DNA of 61,986 nt from Gemmatimonadota bacterium. Its GTDB lineage: Bacteria; Gemmatimonadota; Gemmatimonadetes; Palauibacterales; Palauibacteraceae. Below, one piece after another: positions 57,449-61,986 of the stretch. The DNA is taken from positions 1-61,986 of the forward strand of contig JBDHAC010000015.1 of NCBI GenBank assembly GCA_039588275.1. Direction: 5' to 3'. Position 1 is the stretch's first letter. Every line of letters starts with the position of its first letter. The notes below the pieces were generated by a model. That model was not told the origin of the DNA and ran no database searches. It was given only the letters and a program-made list of their open reading frames with translations. Made by a program: the position numbers and the translations under genes.

Positions 57449-59218
57449 GTGCTCACATCCTACCCACGCAGCGGACGTAACGTCCAACGACTCGGAATCT
57501 CCGTTCTCCTGGCGGCTGCGGTCGGTATTGCCGTGGTGGTGCACGACGACTACGGCGTTACCTGGGACGAAGAGGCACAGGCCCGCTACGGCGACCTCGC
57601 GCTCGAGTACTATGCGTCCGCCGGCGCGGACGATCAGGTCAATCAGTTCTACAACCTGAAGTACTACGGCCCCGCCGCGGAGATGCTGGCCGCCGTGGTC
57701 GCGCGCGCGAGTCCCGCGGCTCCCTACGAGGCCCGTCACCTGGTCGTCGGCTTGCTGGCGGCCCTCTCCATCCTGGCCGTCGCCGCGTGCGCCAGACTCT
57801 TCGATCGTGCGCATCTTCCGATCCTCGCGGCGCTCATCCTGGTGATGTTGCCTCGGTTTTCGGGGCATGCCTTCAACAACTCGAAGGACATCCCCTTTGC
57901 GGTGGGCGTCACGTTCTTGATGGCCGCGATTTCGGCCGTCTTCGTCGATCGCGACTTCTCCTGGAAACGGATTCTGATCGCCGGACTCGCGTTTGGGCTG
58001 ACGGTGTCACTGCGGCCCTCGGGACTGATCGTGCTGGCGGTCTTCTTCCTCGGTGTGTCGTTCATCTCGCGACTATTCCCTGCGGGGCGGGCGGCCGATG
58101 AGGAAGAGGGCTCGAGGAAGCTCGCGATCCTGGGTGTCGCCTGGCTCACGCTGTTCCTGACCTGGCCATGGGCCCACGCGCACCCGCTGCGAAGCCTCGC
58201 GGAGGCGGCCGCCCTGTCGCTGGCTTTCCCGCGACCGATCCCCGTTCTCTTCGAGGGGAGCTTCATCGCGAGCAACGAGCTCCCGTGGTATTACCTGCCC
58301 AAGTACGTGCTGATTACCACTCCGCCGTCCATCCTGGTACTGCTGGTGATCGGGCTGGGTCTCACCGTTGGGTGGGCCTGGAAGCGGGGGGGAGGGCGAT
58401 CGGGCCCAATGGCCGCGATCACGTTGATGTGGTTCTTCCTTCCGTTGCTCCTGTTCGCGGTACGCCGCCCGACGGTGTACGACGGGCTTCGCCATTTCCT
58501 GTTCATTCTCCCGGCGCTCGCGGTGCTAGCGGCAGTGGGCGCCACGGCGGTTCTCGGCTTCTTGCGCGCACGTGCGGGGCGAGTGGTCGCCTGGCTGGTA
58601 GTGTCTGCTCTGATCCTCGCGCCCACGAGAGCTTTCGTACACCTGCACCCATACCAGATGACCTACTTCAACGCGTTCACGGGTGGCATGCGTCGGGCTG
58701 CGGAGCGTTACGAGACGGACTACTGGTTGAGCGGGTATCGCGAGGCGATCGAGTGGGTGAACAGGGTAGCGGGCGAGGCGCCGGAGACGACCTTCCGTGT
58801 GCTCGTGTCCGGGTGGCCCATCCCGGAGCCGGCGGACCTCGCGCGCGGTGCAATGTGTTGGACTGACCGTCGCCTCCCGGAGGGGGCGGTACCCATCGAG
58901 CCGTTGATGAAGGGAACGGCGTCCCACCGCGCGGCGGAGAACGTGCAGGTCTTTGTGGTCACGGAGTTGTGGCAGGCTGGAATGCAGATGACCGAGATGG
59001 ATTTCTACGTCTCCACCACGCGGTTTCGGTATGACGAATGCTTCCCCGAGGCGCCGGTCGCGTACCGCGTGGAGCGGGATGGCGCCACATACGTGGTCGT
59101 CAAGGAACTGGCCTGGCCGGCCCGGCGCGAGCCGATTCTGCCGTCCGGCCCGCCGGTCACATCCGACGAGGAGCCTGTCACGCCCGGAGGTCAGCCGATC
59201 ACGGCCAGGAAACCGTGA
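57449..59218 (+). CDS. GT-C (ArnT/PMT-like) membrane glycosyltransferase
   Basis: DYGVTWDE, HAFNNSKDIPF, LPWYYLP, YDGLRHFLF, ETDYW; many TM helices. Confidence 0.8.
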   Translation: MLTSYPRSGRNVQRLGISVLLAAAVGIAVVVHDDYGVTWDEEAQARYGDLALEYYASAGADDQVNQFYNLKYYGPAAEMLAAVVARASPAAPYEARHLVVGLLAALSILAVAACARLFDRAHLPILAALILVMLPRFSGHAFNNSKDIPFAVGVTFLMAAISAVFVDRDFSWKRILIAGLAFGLTVSLRPSGLIVLAVFFLGVSFISRLFPAGRAADEEEGSRKLAILGVAWLTLFLTWPWAHAHPLRSLAEAAALSLAFPRPIPVLFEGSFIASNELPWYYLPKYVLITTPPSILVLLVIGLGLTVGWAWKRGGGRSGPMAAITLMWFFLPLLLFAVRRPTVYDGLRHFLFILPALAVLAAVGATAVLGFLRARAGRVVAWLVVSALILAPTRAFVHLHPYQMTYFNAFTGGMRRAAERYETDYWLSGYREAIEWVNRVAGEAPETTFRVLVSGWPIPEPADLARGAMCWTDRRLPEGAVPIEPLMKGTASHRAAENVQVFVVTELWQAGMQMTEMDFYVSTTRFRYDECFPEAPVAYRVERDGATYVVVKELAWPARREPILPSGPPVTSDEEPVTPGGQPITARKP

Positions 59219-59772
59219 ATGATGCGGAGGGTGAGTCCCCAGATCGTATAGCCCTGGTATTCGATCGCGGGATACACCCTCTCACCACCCTTCACCCTGA
59301 CTTGCAGCTCGGATCGATGATCCGGGTCGCAGAGGGCGATGAGCGGAATCCACACGTGATCCTGGATCTCGGGGTTGGGCTCGACGTGAGCACCCGCCTC
59401 GAGCCAGGCCACGAACGGAGTCACTGCGATGCTCGGCAGCTGCCGGCTGACAGGATGAACGTCGTCGAGCCGCCCCAACACACCGTTGCGGGGGATCGTG
59501 AGCGCGGTCTCCTCGCGCAGCTCTCGCAGCGCGGTGTGCACGAGATCGTGATCCTCCGGGTCCGCACGACCGCCCGGGAGCGCCATGTGCCCCGACCACG
59601 GATCACGCTCGACCTCGGCGCGCTGCACGAACAGCACAGCCACGTCGTCCGCCTCGCGCAGCACCAGCATCACGGCCGCGCGACGCTCGGCTTCGTCGTC
59701 CCCCACGATGACCGGTCGGTGCGCGCCGAGGGCGGCCTCGATGGCCGTGCGGGCGTCGGGGGCGCTGTCCAT
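59191..59772 (-). CDS. Nudix CoA pyrophosphatase
   Basis: RAAV, WSGHMALPGG...TALRELREET, VTPFVA, IWGLT. Confidence 0.88.
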   Translation of the reverse strand: MDSAPDARTAIEAALGAHRPVIVGDDEAERRAAVMLVLREADDVAVLFVQRAEVERDPWSGHMALPGGRADPEDHDLVHTALRELREETALTIPRNGVLGRLDDVHPVSRQLPSIAVTPFVAWLEAGAHVEPNPEIQDHVWIPLIALCDPDHRSELQVRVKGGERVYPAIEYQGYTIWGLTLRIIHGFLAVIG

Positions 59773-59788
59773 CACGCCTGCGGAATTG

Positions 59789-60706
59789 TCACCGTCCCTC
59801 CTCCGCTTCACGGAGAAGATCGCGGTAGCTCTCGTAGCGGCGCGGTGCGATGACGCCGGTGTCCACGGCTTCTCGTACGGCGCACCCCGGCTCCGCCCGG
59901 TGGACGCAGTCGGCGAACCGGCACTCGTCTGCGGGGCCGCGCAGCTCCGGAAAGCTGTGCCCGAGCGCGCGGGGGTCCACCTCCCACAAGGCCAGGTACT
60001 GCAGCCCCGGCGTGTCTGCCACGTAACCACCCCCCCGGAACGGGTACAGTGCCGCCGCAACCGTGGTGTGGCGGCCGCGCCCCTTCCTTCGCCCGACCTC
60101 ACCGACGCGCAGGTCGAGCCCGGGCATTAGAGAGTTGAGCAGACTGGACTTGCCGACTCCGGAAGGTCCCGAGAAGACCGTGATCCGGTCGGTGAGCCGC
60201 TCGCGGAGCTCCTCGAGGCCCCAGTCTCGCTTGGCGCTCGTGATGAGGACATCGTACCCGGCCCCGTGGTATGGCTCGAACTCGGGGGGGAGGTCGGTCG
60301 GCCGGTCGAGCGTGTCCGCCGAGACAGCCAGATCCGCCTTGTTGAGCACCAGCAGGCCATCGAGCTCGTTCAACTCGGCGAGGGCCAGCAACCGGTCGAT
60401 CATCGAGAAGTCGGGACTCGGCGACGCGATCGCGGCAACCGCCACCACCTGGTCCACGTTGGCCACGATGACCTGCTCTCTGCGCCGCGCGACGCCATGT
60501 CTCGAGAGAGCGCTGTGCCGCGGGAGCAGGTCCGCGATTCGGCAACCTCCATCATCGAGTCGCTCGACCTGGACGAGGTCCCCGACCGACACCTGCTGCC
60601 CGACCTTCTGCTTCACCCGTCCTCGGAGCGAGCACTCCAGGACCTCCTCGCTCTCGGCCTCGACATGGTATGTGCCGGCCACGATCCGCATGACGCGTCC
60701 CGTCAC
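59789..60706 (-). CDS. rsgA: Ribosome small subunit-dependent GTPase A
   Basis: VANVD, NKAD, GPSGVGKSS, GRHTT, DTPG, CRFADCVHRAEPGC. Confidence 0.95.
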   Translation of the reverse strand: MTGRVMRIVAGTYHVEAESEEVLECSLRGRVKQKVGQQVSVGDLVQVERLDDGGCRIADLLPRHSALSRHGVARRREQVIVANVDQVVAVAAIASPSPDFSMIDRLLALAELNELDGLLVLNKADLAVSADTLDRPTDLPPEFEPYHGAGYDVLITSAKRDWGLEELRERLTDRITVFSGPSGVGKSSLLNSLMPGLDLRVGEVGRRKGRGRHTTVAAALYPFRGGGYVADTPGLQYLALWEVDPRALGHSFPELRGPADECRFADCVHRAEPGCAVREAVDTGVIAPRRYESYRDLLREAEEGR

Positions 60707-60862
60707 GGGCGGCTCGCTCGGATCACGGATGGGCGGTTTCGCGGCATCGGGCGGTGTCGCGGCGTCGGGCGCGTACGGCGGTTCCCGTTGCCGGCAGGAC
60801 GATCGCCCGGGGGAAGACCGGGAGTCGAAATGGGTCTGGCAGCAGCTCGGCGGGGGACTCGG

Positions 60863-61384
60863 CTAGGACGTCTCGGTGCCGGCGGTCGCCGAGGTGGATT
60901 CCTCGTCTTCCACCCCCACCAGCTCCTCCAGACAGTTCCATCCGAGCAGCGCGCACTTGATCCGCACCGGGAACTTGGAGACGCCGGCCAGGGCTCGCAG
61001 GTCGCCCAGATCGCTATCGCCCAGCAACGCCTCCTCTCCCTGGAGCAGGTGCGTGAACTTCAGCGCCAGGGCTCTGGCATCATCCAGAGTCCGATCCTTG
61101 ACCCGGGAGGTCATCATGGACGCGGATGCCTGGCTGATCGAGCACCCTCTTCCCATGAAGCGGGCCTCCAGGATGAGCCCTTCCTCGATCCTGAGCTTGA
61201 GCTCGATGATGTCCCCGCACAGCGGGTTGTTCATCGTGATCGTGTGCGTAGCCCCCTCCAGCTCCCCCGTGTTTCTGGGTCGACGGTAATGATCGAGGAT
61301 CACTTCCTGGTACAGCGTGTTCAGCGAGGCGGGGACGCCTCGGTCGGGGAAGGCCTGGCCGGTGGGGTTGCTGGTATCGCTCAT
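60863..61384 (-). CDS. sufU: SUF system NifU-family Fe-S assembly protein
   Basis: LYQEVILDHYRRPRN, NPLCGD, GCSISQAS, RIKCALL. Confidence 0.93.
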   Translation of the reverse strand: MSDTSNPTGQAFPDRGVPASLNTLYQEVILDHYRRPRNTGELEGATHTITMNNPLCGDIIELKLRIEEGLILEARFMGRGCSISQASASMMTSRVKDRTLDDARALALKFTHLLQGEEALLGDSDLGDLRALAGVSKFPVRIKCALLGWNCLEELVGVEDEESTSATAGTETS

Positions 61385-61448
61385 CTCGGGCTCTCAGCGG
61401 GCCGCCGGGGCACACCAGGGGCCTCGGCGACTTCGGGTCACGCCGCGG

Positions 61449-61986
61449 CTAGGATACGCCTCCGAAGACCTCGGCCGCCATGGCCAGTCCATCGATCAGC
61501 GCGTCGATCTCCTCGCGGGTGTTGTACAGATACAAACTCGCGCGCGCGGTCGCGGCGACCCCCATGTGGTCCATCAACGGCTGGTTGCAATGGTGACCCG
61601 CCCGGATCGCGATACCGCGTTGATCCAGTATCGTGGACAGATCGTGCGGGTGAATGTCACCGTAGGTGAACGAGAACACCGAGACCCGGTTCTGCTCGGG
61701 TCCATAGAGCTGCAACTCCGGCACCCCGCGCAAGCGCTCGAGCGCGTAGGCCGTCAGCGCCTGTTCGTGCGCGAGGATCGAGTCGAACCCGATGTCGTTC
61801 AAGAAGCGCACCGCCTCACCGAACCCGATCACGCCGGCGATGTTCGGCGTGCCCGCTTCGAACTTGTGCGGAACCTCGGCCCACGAGGATCCATCGAGCC
61901 GGACCTCGGAGATCATCTCCCCACCGCCTTGGTAGGGCGGCATGCCCTCGAGCAGCGCCCGACGCGCCCACAGCGCGCCGCTGCCG
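61449..61986 (-). CDS. sufS: SufS cysteine desulfurase/selenocysteine lyase, C-terminal part (runs off the right edge)
   Basis: PYQGGGEMI, KFEAGTPNI, HPHD, RAGHHCNQP, RASLYLYN. Confidence 0.93.
   Translation of the reverse strand, partial: GSGALWARRALLEGMPPYQGGGEMISEVRLDGSSWAEVPHKFEAGTPNIAGVIGFGEAVRFLNDIGFDSILAHEQALTAYALERLRGVPELQLYGPEQNRVSVFSFTYGDIHPHDLSTILDQRGIAIRAGHHCNQPLMDHMGVAATARASLYLYNTREEIDALIDGLAMAAEVFGGVS

Overview
High-GC bacterial chromosomal window with no rRNA, tRNA, CRISPR or recognisable mobile element. Gene style and content suggest Gemmatimonadota (inference, not tested). About 50 CDS. Highlights: (1) two genes with in-frame UGA codons at redox-Cys positions, each followed by a SECIS-like hairpin (DUF3179 with UxxC at 2547; OsmC-like at 55592), i.e. 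probable selenoproteins that the ORF track splits or truncates; (2) a candidate bacterial sphingolipid operon (Spt, bCerS-like GNAT, CerR-like reductase, Aur1/IPC-synthase-like PAP2) running into an ECF sigma/anti-sigma/PDZ module; (3) a lipoprotein NirS with an extra cytochrome c domain, followed by an alginate-export-type porin and a TonB-dependent receptor fused to a CbiX-like chelatase-fold domain, with no heme d1 biosynthesis genes in the window (possible tetrapyrrole/heme d1 acquisition module); (4) a six-gene furan/methylated fatty-acid-type cluster; (5) an exact 44-bp repeat shared by two unrelated, oppositely oriented genes and bracketing a frameshifted ECF sigma; plus icd, arsM, rsgA, sufU/sufS and several peptidases. 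All family calls come from motif recognition by eye; no database search was run.
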